Of a stretch of 64,000 bases of DNA, positions 62,627 to 64,000 are shown in pieces. Position numbers and translations under genes: made by a program. The stretch is from a plasmid, in sequence record NZ_CP139428.1; one strand, 5' to 3'. The number at the start of each line of letters is the position of its first letter. Position 1 is the stretch's first letter. The notes beneath the pieces are model-generated. The model ran no database searches, had not been told where the DNA came from, and was given only the letters and a program-made list of their open reading frames with translations.

Positions 62627-63250
62627 TTATAATTTCCTTAGCTTCATTGTCCCAAAGGTATTCCGACCTCTGCCATTAAAATACTCACCATCAGCAGTTG
62701 TCAGGTTCTTATCAAAAGTTAATTCTGCAAACCCCATATGTGGGCTTAACTCTTTTTCGTTTATTCTCGGATCATTTCTGTAGTTGTAAACTAACCGATA
62801 ACCTATTTCGCCATCATATATGATAGAGGCAGCTATACTGTCAGAACCTGACTGTGAGGTTTGCAACCGTATATGAACCTTATCCCATGACTGGAATATG
62901 TTGATCTTAGCTTTCCATGAAAAAACGTCTCCTTCCTTGTTTTCGCCGCGCCCTTCACAATCCCACTCTCCCGACAGATCCGGGACGTTAATAATTCTTG
63001 AAATTAACTTCCACTTCCATAACCTTGAGTCAAAAATCCAGTAGAGAACTAGATACATTGTCCCTGCACTAACGAGTGAGGATACTGTTGGGGTCATTAC
63101 AGATTTCGCTTCAATATAAGAATGGCTTTCAAGGTAACTTAAAATAAAAAAGACCAGAAGCCCTGATATTAGAGAAGCCAAGGAGCCAATTATTTTACCT
63201 ACCTTGCTCCTGTTAAAACCGCTTATAACAATATATTCATGGCTTTTCAT
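62627..63250 (-). CDS. 2-TM membrane protein with beta-rich C-terminal domain (Cap15/SLATT-like putative effector)
   Basis: Two N-terminal TM helices plus ~120-aa soluble domain. 1-nt gap to the NTase gene. Confidence 0.45.
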   Translation of the reverse strand: MKSHEYIVISGFNRSKVGKIIGSLASLISGLLVFFILSYLESHSYIEAKSVMTPTVSSLVSAGTMYLVLYWIFDSRLWKWKLISRIINVPDLSGEWDCEGRGENKEGDVFSWKAKINIFQSWDKVHIRLQTSQSGSDSIAASIIYDGEIGYRLVYNYRNDPRINEKELSPHMGFAELTFDKNLTTADGEYFNGRGRNTFGTMKLRKL

Positions 63251-63460
63251 ATGATTCCTGAAAGTATGAAAGTGATAGATGCACCGCTAAGTTTCGCCTG
63301 AAACATATAACATTATCTTATAGGAATCATTCTAATGCCACAGGGTTGCAGAATTTTCGTTCAAATCCAGGCTTTGCTTTCAGTTGCATCAAGTCTGCTT
63401 GCCGGTTTTACCAATAGAGTTGGTAATTCGGTAAAACGCCTATTCCACCGAACCGCCGCA

Positions 63461-63483
63461 CTTATCCACCGTTTCTGTGGATA
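63461..63483. promoter_or_regulatory. inverted pair of DnaA boxes (TTATCCACC / TTATCCACA rc)
   Basis: Read directly. Upstream of the recombinase gene. Confidence 0.45.
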
Positions 63484-63722
63484 ACGCTACATCTTGTGCC
63501 TGAGCGTACCGTTTGAGCTACTACATGTTGTATCGGTTTGCTCAGCGGTCGGCACCGTCAGGCCCCCGGCGTCAGGTCTGGCGTTCGTCGCCGATTCGGT
63601 TAAACTTCCATTCAGGATGATTTAACCGAACCGCGGCCTGCGCCACAAAAATTATTGTGAGCGATCACCCGGCGCGGTTGCGGCAAAATAGAGACTGAAA
63701 GTCACTGATTGCGGATCACGAA

Positions 63723-64000
63723 AAAATGCGCCCTGCCCTCCTGCAAAACTCTCAGATTTTACGTAGCGCGATCGGCGGCGATCTGCTGGCCGGCGATGAC
63801 CGCTATGTGCGAGCGCTTACCCTGCGCAACCGCGCCGCGTTGCATGGCGATCTGCCCTACTACCTGCTGCCGCCGGAAATCGCTGTCTTACTGTCCTGCT
63901 GCCACGACCTGGAAAAGCGCACGCTGTTCGAGTTTTTGTGGAACACCGGCGCACGGATCAATGAGGCACTGGCGGTACGTCCGGCGGACGTGGAATTTGA
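63723..64000 (+). CDS. tyrosine site-specific recombinase, N-terminal part (ResD/XerC-like; runs off window)
   Basis: Core-binding-domain-like LRSAIGG...RNRAALH...LLSCCHDLEKRTLFEFLWNTGARINEAL (ARINEAL box). Confidence 0.55.

Overview
The window is a segment of an F-like (MOBF/MPF-F) conjugative plasmid. Its main regions, in order:

1. Leading region (1-6.3 kb). It ends with a PsiA-like protein, then two homologous ~450-bp structured repeats (Frpo/ssi-like single-strand promoter candidates). Each repeat precedes a small gene starting MNTQNVN. It also holds a truncated HsdM-like methyltransferase domain protein, a YafZ/YfjQ (DUF932) protein and an SLT lytic transglycosylase.

2. oriT (~6.3-6.7 kb). 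It has an F-type nic motif on the minus strand and TraM-box repeats.

3. traM, followed by an AT-rich insert in the slot where traJ/traY normally sit. The insert carries a divergent XRE/CI-like regulator pair, a YhhQ-type queuosine-precursor transporter and a genuine queC.

4. An almost complete F-type transfer operon (10.2-41 kb): traA-L-E-K-B-P-trbD-trbG-traV-(R)-C-trbI-dsbC-like-traW-U-trbC-traN-F-trbB-traH-G-S-D-I. It is followed by a small membrane protein, a PLD-family Nuc nuclease and traX. traJ, traY, traT and finO are absent.

5. An IncFII-type RepA-like gene and a structured origin-like region with iteron-like repeats.

6. An accessory region (43-64 kb):
- an AT-rich two-gene islet of unknown function;
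- a LexA-box-controlled recA-umuD-umuC operon. Its umuD is split by a 10.4-kb Tn1721/Tn21-subfamily transposon (38-bp IRs, 5-bp TSD GCAAA);
- inside the transposon, the mcp gene is interrupted by an ISEcp1-blaCTX-M(9-group, CTX-M-14-like)-IS903-truncated-iroN unit;
- an HTH gene and an Rpn/YhgA-like nuclease;
- an AT-rich three-gene locus: a 2TM protein, a cGAS/DncV-like nucleotidyltransferase and a 381-aa zinc-ribbon protein. It looks like a CBASS-type defence island with an undescribed third component;
- DnaA boxes and the start of a tyrosine recombinase (ResD-like).

The most novel-looking items are the queC/yhhQ/CI-switch module embedded in the tra regulatory slot, the plasmid recA-umuDC mutasome operon, and the NTase-based putative defence locus.
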